Source: an uncultured Muriicola sp. (GTDB lineage Bacteria > Bacteroidota > Bacteroidia > Flavobacteriales > Flavobacteriaceae). Taken from it: a stretch of 64,000 nt of DNA. The stretch lies in the NCBI RefSeq assembly GCF_947258935.1, contig NZ_CAMYKH010000004.1:6101-70100 (forward strand), given 5' to 3'. Below the pieces are notes generated by a model. It searched no databases, was not told the DNA's origin, and saw nothing but the letters and a program-made list of their open reading frames with translations. Shown here one piece after another: positions 48,858 to 58,475 of the stretch (the stretch's first letter is position 1; every line of letters starts with the position of its first letter). A program made the position numbers and the translations under genes.

Positions 48858-49916
48858 CTATTTAATGAAATAAGTAGGGGCAAAAGGCACTTCAATACGC
48901 TCCAACAGGGTTCCCGTTTTAGAGATGACAAGTACACCGCCAATAATCTCCGTCGTAAAATTGTCATTCGCATATCCCATAAGAAAGACCTCAGCTTCTT
49001 CAATGTACCGCATGGCGGTTAACACTATTGTGGACTCAGTTTCTGATTCTACTTGTTGTACAATACTTAGAATATCAATAACGAAATCAGTATCGTTCTC
49101 AAAATTGAAATAGGCCGGCCCAAAAGTTACGGGGGATGGTTGTGCCAACGAATTGGAATAAAAGAGGGTATTGCCATTAACGGCTCCTTGTAAAGGTCCC
49201 GGTGGCAAAAACTTATCTAAATTAAACGATGATTCACTTTGAAGTATAAGGGTCTCAATATCGTACACCTGATACACAAAATTAGAACTCCCGGTCCCAA
49301 TTACAACACCGATATTGCCTTCATCATCTATGAGAACATTGGGGACGCCTTCGCCATAGTCTAGCGTACTTATAATAGAGCGTGTTTCTGTATTGAAAAC
49401 GGCAATTTTATAAGCTCCTGCTTCGTCTTTATACGTCATTAAGATCCGTTGGCGGTAATATAATGGATCATATGCTTGCTGAATATTGAACTCTATAGGA
49501 AGGTCCGAAAAGCTTCCATCATCAGGATCCAGGGTTCTTATCCCAAAATCCCGACTCCCTTTGGGGCTGTAATTACCCAAAAACAAAAGGTCCTCAGAAT
49601 TTGTCCCCCAGGTTATGGATCGTTCTTCTGTTACCGTATAAAAGTCGGGATACGCAGTAGATTGACCGTTTAGTGTGTTTTGCTGAAGAATTGAAAAACT
49701 ACCCGCACTAAAACTGTAAAATGAGACCACTTCATCTACCTGTCGCAATGTTATATAAAATGGATCCAGGCCAAGTGTCTGGGTAAGGTTGATCTGAGAC
49801 CCGATTTCCTGTGTAGAATTATAGCTATACTGAACAGTACCCGGCCCATTATCCTTAGAACAGGATATAAAAAAGGCCAGACACAGGAACACAGCAAGTA
49901 ATTGATGATATTTCAT
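48858..49916 (-). CDS. Hypothetical lipoprotein
   Basis: 352 aa. The lipobox is LAFFISCSKDN. The protein is beta-rich with no recognised domain. Confidence 0.6.
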   Translation of the reverse strand: MKYHQLLAVFLCLAFFISCSKDNGPGTVQYSYNSTQEIGSQINLTQTLGLDPFYITLRQVDEVVSFYSFSAGSFSILQQNTLNGQSTAYPDFYTVTEERSITWGTNSEDLLFLGNYSPKGSRDFGIRTLDPDDGSFSDLPIEFNIQQAYDPLYYRQRILMTYKDEAGAYKIAVFNTETRSIISTLDYGEGVPNVLIDDEGNIGVVIGTGSSNFVYQVYDIETLILQSESSFNLDKFLPPGPLQGAVNGNTLFYSNSLAQPSPVTFGPAYFNFENDTDFVIDILSIVQQVESETESTIVLTAMRYIEEAEVFLMGYANDNFTTEIIGGVLVISKTGTLLERIEVPFAPTYFIK

Positions 49917-50096
49917 GCAAGTTTTTCTTTAAAAATACATAATCTCAAATTAAAGATTAGAAACCGAAAGCTACTTTCACCCTTATATACTCTCTTTGCC
50001 ATGAACCCTTTTCAGAAATGTGAAGAATACATTTCTTAGTATCTTTAATATAGCAAAGACCATAGTGTAATTCGTTCGTCTTATCATCATACCCTA

Positions 50097-50810
50097 ATGC
50101 TTCAAAAAATAGATCTTGAACATATTCTTTTCCTCGACATTGAAACGGTTCCTGAAGAAAGGGAGTATTCCCGGCTCGATGAAACCAAAAGGCAATTATG
50201 GGACCATAAATCCCAATATCGCAGAGCAGAAGATGAATCTGCGGAAGAGTATTATGATAATGCAGGGATATGGGCAGAATTTGGCAAGATCATTTGTATT
50301 TCTGTAGGGTATTTTCATTTTAAAGGCAGTCAACGACAATTCCGGGTGACTACTTTCCACGGGGATGAAAAAACAATATTGCAAGAGTTCAACAATCTAT
50401 TAGAAGCTCATTTTAGACACCCAAAATACCTCTTATGTGCCCACAATGGGAAAGAATTCGATTTTCCTTATATCGCCCGCCGTATGATCATCCTGGGGAT
50501 CCCTATCCCTAGTAAGTTGAACCTGTTTGGTAAAAAACCCTGGGAAGTGCCTCATCTGGATACCATGGAACTCTGGAAATTCGGAGATTATAAGCATTAT
50601 ACCTCCCTTAAATTGATGGCCAATATCCTGGGAATTCCTTCCCCAAAGGAAGATATTGATGGTAGCATGGTAAGGCAAGTCTATTATGAAGAAAAGGATC
50701 TGGACCGTATTATCCTCTATTGCGAACGCGATGTGATCACCGTGGCTCAGGTATTTCTGCGTCTGCGAAATGATATACTATTGGAAGATCAGGAAATAAA
50801 AAAGGTCTGA
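50097..50810 (+). CDS. DEDDy-type 3'-5' exonuclease (RNase H-like/PolB-exo-like fold)
   Basis: 237 aa. The motifs are Exo I LFLDIETV, Exo II HNGKEFDFPY and Exo III YCERDV. Confidence 0.8.
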   Translation: MLQKIDLEHILFLDIETVPEEREYSRLDETKRQLWDHKSQYRRAEDESAEEYYDNAGIWAEFGKIICISVGYFHFKGSQRQFRVTTFHGDEKTILQEFNNLLEAHFRHPKYLLCAHNGKEFDFPYIARRMIILGIPIPSKLNLFGKKPWEVPHLDTMELWKFGDYKHYTSLKLMANILGIPSPKEDIDGSMVRQVYYEEKDLDRIILYCERDVITVAQVFLRLRNDILLEDQEIKKV

Positions 50811-50822
50811 GTCTCCATTGCA

Positions 50823-51806
50823 TTAGACAAAAGGTGCTGTATAAAGAAACTGTACATAGACCGGAAAATGATCACTATAGCCTCCTAAATACTTCCTTCC
50901 CACATACGTCCTAAACGGATTTCCCTTGTAACGGCCACTCCATTCTTTTAAGAACCGATCGTCAAAGATATTGGCATGTGTAAAACTATGAGTCCCCGCC
51001 TCTTTGTTAAAAAAGGTGTTGGAAAGGATGATCTGATCAAAAAGTGACCAGCGTTGTTTGTAATTGGCACTGCCTCTTCGCATAGTGATAAGAATCTCCA
51101 TGGGATTATAGAGTTTTTTTCCATTTACCAGGGTTTGAATGCTTTTATCCGCGGGGCCATCATTAAAGTCACCCATAACCACAATATTTGGATTGGAATC
51201 CTTCTCTTCAATAGTTGAAATAAAGGCATGGATGGTCGCTGCTGCTTTAATTCTTTTATACGCCGTCTCCGTATCACCATCTCTGCGTGAGGGCCAATGA
51301 TTTACAAAGAGGTGTATCTCTTCCCTATTGAGATGGCCATGAACATACAGGATGTCCCGGGTAGCATCGAGTACACCGTTCAAGTTTTTAACCATTAGTG
51401 GAATCTTCTCTGAGGCTATCACTTTAAAGTGTTTTGGGTCATACAGCAGGGCAGTATCTATCCCTCGTTCATCAGGAGAATCGTAGTGAACATATTGATA
51501 CGCTTTGTCCTTGAGGGACGGTGCATCGATTAGATCCTCTATCACCCTTTTATTCTCCAGTTCTGCCAACCCAATTAGTACAGGGGCCCTTTGACTTTCC
51601 TTTACTCCAAGATGGGATAGGGTCCTGGATAATTTTCTTATTTTCTTACGGTACCGCTTAGGGGTCCATTTTTTAAATCCCTTGGGTGTAAAATCATCAT
51701 CGAGTTTTGTTGGATCGTTTTTAGTGTCAAATAAATTCTCAAGATTGTAAAAGGCTATAGTAAAAAGGTTAGTTATACGCTTCTTCCGAAAGAAAGTAAT
51801 TGCCAT
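50823..51806 (-). CDS. Endonuclease/exonuclease/phosphatase (EEP) family protein
   Basis: 327 aa. FYNLENLFD is at the N-terminus, followed by MGDFND, with a C-terminal SDHFPV. Confidence 0.85.
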   Translation of the reverse strand: MAITFFRKKRITNLFTIAFYNLENLFDTKNDPTKLDDDFTPKGFKKWTPKRYRKKIRKLSRTLSHLGVKESQRAPVLIGLAELENKRVIEDLIDAPSLKDKAYQYVHYDSPDERGIDTALLYDPKHFKVIASEKIPLMVKNLNGVLDATRDILYVHGHLNREEIHLFVNHWPSRRDGDTETAYKRIKAAATIHAFISTIEEKDSNPNIVVMGDFNDGPADKSIQTLVNGKKLYNPMEILITMRRGSANYKQRWSLFDQIILSNTFFNKEAGTHSFTHANIFDDRFLKEWSGRYKGNPFRTYVGRKYLGGYSDHFPVYVQFLYTAPFV

Positions 51807-51880
51807 GTGTCATAAATATGATCCCTAAAATACGAAATCGCTTAGCAGGTATTGTGTAGCTTTGCACTATATTCTATAGT

Positions 51881-53092
51881 ATGCTAGAGAAAAAAACAAT
51901 AGATCATGAAAAGGCAGTTCTCATTGGCGTTATCACTAAAGAACAAAATGAAGAAAAGGTAACGGAATATCTGGATGAGCTGGAGTTCCTAACCTTTACT
52001 GCCGGTGGTGAGGTAGCCAAGCGTTTTGTGCAACGGATAGATCTCCCCAATCCCAAGACCTATATAGGTAGTGGGAAGATTCAAGAAGTGGAGGCTTTTG
52101 TAAAGGAACATGAGATCGGTTCTGTGATCTTTGATGATGAACTTACTCCTGTTCAGCAACGCAATATTGAAAAGCAACTTAGATGTAAGATCCTGGATAG
52201 AACAGGGCTTATCCTAGATATTTTCGCCCAAAGGGCTCAGACCAGTTATGCCAGAACCCAGGTAGAACTCGCCCAGTACGAATATCTCTTACCAAGATTA
52301 ACAGGCTTATGGACCCACCTGGAAAGACAACGTGGTGGGATTGGGATGCGTGGACCCGGGGAAACGGAAATAGAAACAGATAGACGAATAGTACGAGACC
52401 GCATCTCGCTGCTAAAAAAGAAACTTAAGAAGATAGACCGCCAAATGGAAACCCAGCGTGGTAACCGCGGTTCATTAGTTAGGGTAGCGTTAGTGGGGTA
52501 TACAAATGTGGGTAAGTCTACACTTATGAACGTCATTAGCAAGAGCAATGTCTTTGCCGAAAATAAACTGTTTGCAACACTAGATACTACGGTTCGTAAA
52601 GTGGTCATTGGCAACCTTCCCTTTTTATTGAGTGATACAGTAGGGTTCATCCGTAAACTACCCACCCAATTGATAGAGAGCTTTAAAAGCACACTCGATG
52701 AGGTAAGGGAAGCAGACATGCTGTTGCATGTAGTTGACATCTCCCATCCCAACTTTGAAGAGCATATCGCCTCTGTGAATAAGGTACTAAACGAGATAGG
52801 CTCAGCCAATAAAGAGACCATAATGGTCTTTAACAAAATAGATCTTTACAAAGCTGAGGTTATTGAAGAAGACGATCTAATCACCGAAAAGACCAACAGG
52901 CATATGAGTCTGGAAGAATGGGAAAATACCTGGATGCATCGTATGGGTGGCAATGCGCTCTTTATTTCAGCCCTGAACAAAGAGAATTTGGAAGCATTTA
53001 AAGTACAAGTTTATAAGACAGTGCGAAATATTCACGTCACAAGATTCCCATATAACAACTTTTTGTACCCCGAAAATTTGGATGAATACTAG
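51881..53092 (+). CDS. hflX: GTPase HflX
   Basis: 403 aa with G1 GYTNVGKST, G3 DTVGF and G4 NKID motifs. The N-terminal HflX domain is present. Confidence 0.95.
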   Translation: MLEKKTIDHEKAVLIGVITKEQNEEKVTEYLDELEFLTFTAGGEVAKRFVQRIDLPNPKTYIGSGKIQEVEAFVKEHEIGSVIFDDELTPVQQRNIEKQLRCKILDRTGLILDIFAQRAQTSYARTQVELAQYEYLLPRLTGLWTHLERQRGGIGMRGPGETEIETDRRIVRDRISLLKKKLKKIDRQMETQRGNRGSLVRVALVGYTNVGKSTLMNVISKSNVFAENKLFATLDTTVRKVVIGNLPFLLSDTVGFIRKLPTQLIESFKSTLDEVREADMLLHVVDISHPNFEEHIASVNKVLNEIGSANKETIMVFNKIDLYKAEVIEEDDLITEKTNRHMSLEEWENTWMHRMGGNALFISALNKENLEAFKVQVYKTVRNIHVTRFPYNNFLYPENLDEY

Positions 53093-53325
53093 ATTGTGAC
53101 AAGAAAATTTAGGTAGTTCATCGAAGAAATAAACCCTTCATATTTTTCACAACAAGAACTCAATAGTTGACAACATAGTTTTGGCTTCCAGACCTTCTGG
53201 TGATACATTTACAGTGTAGTTAAGTGTACGTGTTTATCCCCAAATCCTACCTGAACTTGCTACTTTAGTGTTCATTTCCCCAAATCAACACTAAGAATTT
53301 AGATCTTATTAACAGACCTACTAAC

Positions 53326-53359
53326 AAAAAACCCTGATCGATTGCTCAGGGTATTTTTT
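53326..53359. terminator. Bidirectional rho-independent terminator (ends the suf operon on the minus strand; may also end the hflX transcript)
   Basis: The sequence is aaaaaa-ccctga-tcgattgc-tcaggg-tatttttt. A 6-bp stem is flanked by an A-run and a T-run, so it reads as a terminator on both strands. Confidence 0.7.
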
Positions 53360-53421
53360 GTTGTATTGTGGTATAATGAACGAGCTGCTGAATACTAAAG
53401 TTTAAAGTTTGATTGAAGTTG

Positions 53422-53925
53422 TCACTTCTTCTTAAAAAGTGGCACAGAAGAACAAGCTTCCCCATACATAATACTTTTGGCCACGCCTTGAAGTTTTTGA
53501 GTTGCCCATATATAAGCGTTTTCGGGAACAGGTTTACTGGAACATCCTTTAATGATAACCGGCTTGTCCTTAAATGATGATACGTCTAGTGCGTCTATTA
53601 CTGATCTGAAAAGTGCGGTTTCAAGTAATTCCAGGTCTCCAAGCACTATTTGTTTTGCATAAGGCTGCAACTTGGTGGTGATCAGCATAAACGCCCAGCC
53701 CGGAACTATGGCATCTGTAGAACAATGCATGGCTACATATGCATCCTTGTATTGTTCCCATGCATGATCTGTAACGAAGGCTCTGAATTCTTTTTCCTTA
53801 AGGACGATCCCTTCGTATAGCCAATCCTTTATATCCAAAACAACCCGTTCGCCTTCAGGATAGTAATCCTCAAGATCAATAGTCAGGAGTTTGCTTTGAG
53901 CCACTCTGTTTACAATATCTGCCAT
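53422..53925 (-). CDS. DUF2480 family protein
   Basis: I prefer the ATG at 53925 (MADIVNRVAQSKLLTIDLEDYYPEG). The family is commonly found at the distal end of flavobacterial suf clusters, from memory. Confidence 0.7.
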   Translation of the reverse strand: MADIVNRVAQSKLLTIDLEDYYPEGERVVLDIKDWLYEGIVLKEKEFRAFVTDHAWEQYKDAYVAMHCSTDAIVPGWAFMLITTKLQPYAKQIVLGDLELLETALFRSVIDALDVSSFKDKPVIIKGCSSKPVPENAYIWATQKLQGVAKSIMYGEACSSVPLFKKK

Positions 53926-53980
53926 TCTTATTATACTGGTTATACAGCCCTCTGGCAATCTATATTAAATCACTACCTCC

Positions 53981-54163
53981 TTAACTTTTGGATGGCATGA
54001 TCAGGGCCAATATTAGATATACCAAAATGCCTAAGCCCATTAAAGTAAATACAAACCATAATATTCTCACAGTTTGTTTAGACCATCCTAAAAAATCCGC
54101 AATGCCTCCACATACGCCAAATACAACTCTGTCATCAGATTTTTCAAGTCGTTTATTTTGCAT
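53981..54163 (-). CDS. PspC-domain small membrane protein
   Basis: 60 aa. VFGVCGGIADFLGWSKQTVRILWFVF is the PspC signature, followed by a TM helix. Confidence 0.75.
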   Translation of the reverse strand: MQNKRLEKSDDRVVFGVCGGIADFLGWSKQTVRILWFVFTLMGLGILVYLILALIMPSKS

Positions 54164-54192
54164 AGAAATTCGAAGTTATTATGGTTGTTAAC

Positions 54193-54519
54193 TTAAAGCA
54201 TCCCTAATTCTAATTTAGCTTCTTCACTCATCAGATCCTGGTTCCATGGGGGATCAAAAGTGATCTCAACCACAGCATCTTTTACTACGTTGAGCGACTT
54301 TACCTTCTCTTCCACTTCTACCGGCAGTGTTTCCGCTACCGGGCAGTTTGGTGAGGTTAAGGTCATCAGTATCTTTACTTCATTGTCCTCATTGACAAAG
54401 ACGTCATAGATCAGTCCTAATTCATAAATATCTACAGGGATCTCCGGATCGTAAATGGTCTTTAACACTTTTACGATCTTTTCACCTAATTCTTGTGTAT
54501 CAATAACGGTCTCACTCAT
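54193..54519 (-). CDS. DUF59/SufT-like Fe-S assembly protein
   Basis: 108 aa with DPEIPVDIYELGLIY and TLTSPNCPVAE motifs. Confidence 0.85.
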   Translation of the reverse strand: MSETVIDTQELGEKIVKVLKTIYDPEIPVDIYELGLIYDVFVNEDNEVKILMTLTSPNCPVAETLPVEVEEKVKSLNVVKDAVVEITFDPPWNQDLMSEEAKLELGML

Positions 54520-54526
54520 CTTCTTC

Positions 54527-54949
54527 CTAATTTAACTGTGTTTGATATGCCACCGCATATAATTTTAGTTGTTTTATCATGCTAACCAGGCCGTTGGCCC
54601 TGGTGGGGGATAAATGCTCTTTTAGCCCAATTTGGTCAATGAATCCCGTATTGGCATCAATGATGTCCTGCGGTTTCTGATGACTAAAGGTTCTTATAAG
54701 GATGGCAATGATCCCTTTTGTAATTATAGCATCACTGTCTGCCGTAAAAACTAGTTTATCACCCTCCAGTTCAGCATGTACCCAAACCTTACTTTGGCAT
54801 CCTTTGATTATGTTATCGTCTGTTTTGTATTGTTCTTTGATCAGGGGCAGCGATTTACCAAGCTCTATCATATATTCATAGCGCTGCATCCAATCATCAA
54901 ACATTGAAAATTCGTCTACTATCTCATCTTGTATTTCCTGTATGCTCAT
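54527..54949 (-). CDS. sufE: SufE family sulfur acceptor
   Basis: 140 aa with the conserved Cys motif IIKGCQSKVW. Confidence 0.9.
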   Translation of the reverse strand: MSIQEIQDEIVDEFSMFDDWMQRYEYMIELGKSLPLIKEQYKTDDNIIKGCQSKVWVHAELEGDKLVFTADSDAIITKGIIAILIRTFSHQKPQDIIDANTGFIDQIGLKEHLSPTRANGLVSMIKQLKLYAVAYQTQLN

Positions 54950-55042
54950 TCACTGTTCTTTGTCGTAAAAATACGATAAGTATTACTGTCTTTCAATAGT
55001 CTGGCCCTGTTTACCTACCAGAAGGATCATGGGATTAAATCC

Positions 55043-56269
55043 TTATCGCAGCATTTTTTTTGCCTTTATTACTGCCTCAATAAACCGGTTTATCTCTTCT
55101 TTTGTATTATAAAAACTAAAGCTTGCGCGTATAGTACCGGGTATTTTATAGTAGTCCATTACGGGTTGGGCACAATGATGCCCCGTACGCACTGCAATGC
55201 CCATCTTGTCTAACAATGTTCCCATATCATAGGGATGGATTCCCTGAATATTAAAGGAAATTACGGCCGTCTTGTTTTTTGAAGTACCATAGATCTTTAC
55301 CCCCTCTATTTCCGAAAGTTGCTTGGTAGCATAGATCAACAAGTCGTGCTCATAGTCCTCAATAGCTTCTATTCCTATGCTGTTTAAATAATCTAAGGCC
55401 GCTCCAAAGGCAATACCTCCACTAATATTAGGAGTGCCAGCCTCAAATTTATAGGGAAGATCTGCATAGGTGGTCTTTTCAAAAGTAACCTCAGCAATCA
55501 TCTCTCCACCTCCCTGATAGGGCGGTAACTTGGCTAACCATGCCGACTTTCCATACAACATCCCAATCCCCGTAGGGCCACATAATTTATGGGCCGAAGC
55601 AGTATAGAAGTCAACATCCAGTTTTTGAACATCCACTTTAATATGGGGTGATGATTGTGCCCCGTCTATAAGAACTGCCGCTCCTGCGTCATGAGCCAGG
55701 GTGATAAGTTCTTGGATAGGGTTGATTGTTCCCAAGGCATTGGATACATGGTTACAAACAACCAATTTCGTTCTGTCCGACAGCAGATCACGGTAGCTAT
55801 CCATCAAAAGTTCTCCCTCTTTACTCATAGGAATGACCTTTAAGCTTGCCCCGGTTCGCTCACAGAGCATTTGCCAGGGAACAATATTGGAATGATGCTC
55901 CATAGCAGAAACCAGCACCTCATCCCCTTTTTTCAAAAAGGCTGTAAACCCATTGGCCACCAGGTTGATGCTATGTGTTGTCCCCGAGGTAAATATGATC
56001 TCATGGGCCTTAGCCGCATTAAAGAAATGCTGTATTTTAGTTCTGGCCCCTTCGTATGCCTCGGTAGCTTCTTGTGCCAGGGCATGCACCCCGCGATGTA
56101 TATTGGCGTTGTAATTACTGTAGTAATCAACAATGGTATCTATTACCTGTTTGGGAGTTTGTGAGGTAGCAGCATTGTCAAAATAGATCAGCGGATTCCC
56201 ATTAACTTTCCTGTTTAAAATTGGGAAGTCTTTTCTTATTTGGGTGATATCCAATGTGTTCTCTGTCAT
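55043..56269 (-). CDS. sufS: Cysteine desulfurase, SufS type
   Basis: The PLP-Lys motif is SAHKLCGPTGIG and the catalytic Cys lies in RTGHHCAQP. I prefer the ATG at 56269 (MTENTLDI). Confidence 0.95.
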   Translation of the reverse strand: MTENTLDITQIRKDFPILNRKVNGNPLIYFDNAATSQTPKQVIDTIVDYYSNYNANIHRGVHALAQEATEAYEGARTKIQHFFNAAKAHEIIFTSGTTHSINLVANGFTAFLKKGDEVLVSAMEHHSNIVPWQMLCERTGASLKVIPMSKEGELLMDSYRDLLSDRTKLVVCNHVSNALGTINPIQELITLAHDAGAAVLIDGAQSSPHIKVDVQKLDVDFYTASAHKLCGPTGIGMLYGKSAWLAKLPPYQGGGEMIAEVTFEKTTYADLPYKFEAGTPNISGGIAFGAALDYLNSIGIEAIEDYEHDLLIYATKQLSEIEGVKIYGTSKNKTAVISFNIQGIHPYDMGTLLDKMGIAVRTGHHCAQPVMDYYKIPGTIRASFSFYNTKEEINRFIEAVIKAKKMLR

Positions 56270-56303
56270 GCTGAGGAAGATATTTGATCTGAGCAATCCC
56301 AAC

Positions 56304-57620
56304 CTACAGATCAAATCCTAACCGAACGCCAAGCTTGGTAGCGATAAGTTTGTTGATCCGTTTTTTTAATTCGGGTAGTCGTACGCTTTCCAGCACATTA
56401 TTCGCAAATGCATACATAAGAAGTCCGGTGGCCTCTTTCCTTGGGATGCCCCTGGATTGCAGGTAAAACATAGCATCGTCATCTAACTGACCAATGGTAC
56501 ATCCGTGAGAACACTTCACATCATCTGCAAAGATCTCGAGCTGAGGCTTGGTATTGATGGTTGCCTGGTCGCTGATAAGGACGTTGTTGTTTTGCTGAAA
56601 TGCATTGGTCTTCTGAGCGATCTTATCTACAATGATCTTTCCGTTGAAAACCCCCGTAGATCGTTCGCCATAAATACCTTTGTAATCCTGGTGACTCTCA
56701 CAATTTGGCTGCTTATGGTGCACCAGGGTATGGTGGTCCACATGTTGTTTTTCCCCCAGGATTGTGACCCCTTTTAAGGTAGAATCTATATACTCGCCGT
56801 TCTGAAAGAAATTCAGGTTATTACGAGTTAATTTCCCTCCAAAAGAAAAGGTATGCACTTTTACGACACTCTTGTCTTTCTGAGCGATATAGGTGTTATC
56901 TATTAGGGATGCGTCTTTGGTGTCATTCTGAACTTTATAATAATCCACAATGGCATCTTTGGCAGCAAATATCTCTGTGACACTATTGGTCAGCACCTCG
57001 TTTTTTGTAAGGCTTTGGTGCCTTTCTATCACCTGTAATTCTGCATTTTCTTCAACGATGATCAAATTTCTGGGCTGTAGCATTAGCGATGCCTCGTTCC
57101 CAGTTGCAAAATGTAAGATCTCAACTGGTTTTTTGGGTGCCTTATTCTTCGGAATGTAGATGTATGCTCCTTCCCTGCTAAATGCCGTATTTAAAGTTGT
57201 AAGCGATTCTTCCTTGGAAGCTATCTTGTTGAAATAGACATCGATTACCGGCTTATACATCGGCTTGGTCAGCGCTGAACTCATCAAACAAATATCTACC
57301 CCGTCATGGGTGGTTTCTGACAAGTAAGAGCTGTAGATCCCATCAATAAAAACGATCTTGTAGGTGTCTATCTCATGCAGGAAATACTTCTTTACCTGAT
57401 TATACTCCAGCGAATTTTCCTCTTTTGGAAAAATGCTGAAATCAACTTTCTGTAAACTATTTAAGGAGGTGTATTTCCAGGCTTCCTCTTTTTTAGAGGG
57501 AAATCCTTTTGTTTCAAAGTTCTTTATGGCCTCAGATCTGATATCGTGAATGGGATTTTCCAAATCCACGTTATTTTCGAATGCCATAAAAGAAGATACC
57601 AATTTTTCCTTTAGATCCAT
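56304..57620 (-). CDS. sufD: Fe-S cluster assembly protein SufD
   Basis: 438 aa with a SufB/D beta-helix C-terminal region (PQLEIFADDVKCSHGCTIGQLD). It lies between sufC and sufS. Confidence 0.9.
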   Translation of the reverse strand: MDLKEKLVSSFMAFENNVDLENPIHDIRSEAIKNFETKGFPSKKEEAWKYTSLNSLQKVDFSIFPKEENSLEYNQVKKYFLHEIDTYKIVFIDGIYSSYLSETTHDGVDICLMSSALTKPMYKPVIDVYFNKIASKEESLTTLNTAFSREGAYIYIPKNKAPKKPVEILHFATGNEASLMLQPRNLIIVEENAELQVIERHQSLTKNEVLTNSVTEIFAAKDAIVDYYKVQNDTKDASLIDNTYIAQKDKSVVKVHTFSFGGKLTRNNLNFFQNGEYIDSTLKGVTILGEKQHVDHHTLVHHKQPNCESHQDYKGIYGERSTGVFNGKIIVDKIAQKTNAFQQNNNVLISDQATINTKPQLEIFADDVKCSHGCTIGQLDDDAMFYLQSRGIPRKEATGLLMYAFANNVLESVRLPELKKRINKLIATKLGVRLGFDL

Positions 57621-57682
57621 GCTGCTTAATATTCGCTCATTTATGGCGATCCCAAATACGACCGCCTAATTTCTTTTTCTAG

Positions 57683-58435
57683 TTACGCTACCGGTTCCTT
57701 TTTTAACCAGTCGTATCCTTTTTCTTCTAATTCCAGGGCCAATTCCTTAGTGCCAGATTTCACGATTTTCCCATCGTGGATCACATGCACAAAATCGGGA
57801 ATAATATATTCCAGTAACCTCTGATAGTGCGTGATCAGGATCACCGCATTTTTCTTGCTCTTTAGTTTGTTCACCCCGTTGGCCACTATACGCAGCGCAT
57901 CGATATCCAGACCAGAATCAGTTTCATCCAGAATAGCCAATTTTGGTTCTAACATGGCCATTTGAAAGATCTCATTCCGTTTCTTTTCTCCTCCGGAAAA
58001 GCCTTCGTTCAATGATCTGGAGAGAAACTTCCTGTCTATGTCTAAGAGCTCAGATTTTTCCCGAATAAGTTTCAGCATCTCATTGGCAGGCATATCTTCT
58101 TGCCCACGTGCTTTGCGAGATTCATTGATTGCCGTTTTCATAAAGTTCGTTACGGATACTCCCGGGATCTCTACCGGGTATTGAAACGAAAGAAATATTC
58201 CTTTATGAGCCCTTTCTTCGGGAGAAACTTCATCCAGGTCTTCTCCTTCATAAAGAATGGTCCCTTTGGTCATCTCGAATTCTTCTTTTCCTGCAATAAC
58301 AGAGGCAAGGGTACTCTTCCCGGAACCGTTAGGTCCCATAATGGCGTGTACCTCGCCTGGTTTTACTTCCAGATTTACCCCCTTCAGGATTTCCTTACCA
58401 TCTACTCTGGCATGCAGATCTTTAATTTTCAACAT
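57683..58435 (-). CDS. sufC: Fe-S cluster assembly ATPase SufC
   Basis: 250 aa with Walker [10 protein letters not shown], signature FSGGEKKR and Walker [11 protein letters not shown]. Confidence 0.95.
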   Translation of the reverse strand: MLKIKDLHARVDGKEILKGVNLEVKPGEVHAIMGPNGSGKSTLASVIAGKEEFEMTKGTILYEGEDLDEVSPEERAHKGIFLSFQYPVEIPGVSVTNFMKTAINESRKARGQEDMPANEMLKLIREKSELLDIDRKFLSRSLNEGFSGGEKKRNEIFQMAMLEPKLAILDETDSGLDIDALRIVANGVNKLKSKKNAVILITHYQRLLEYIIPDFVHVIHDGKIVKSGTKELALELEEKGYDWLKKEPVA

Positions 58436-58475
58436 GATATGCTATTTTACTTTAATTCTTGTTCTTATTGATTGC

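Noticed and set aside
52246-52836. 196-aa minus-strand ORF inside hflX
   Set aside because: It lies antisense to a gene with complete GTPase motifs. Its Ser/Leu/Thr-rich composition marks it as a shadow ORF.
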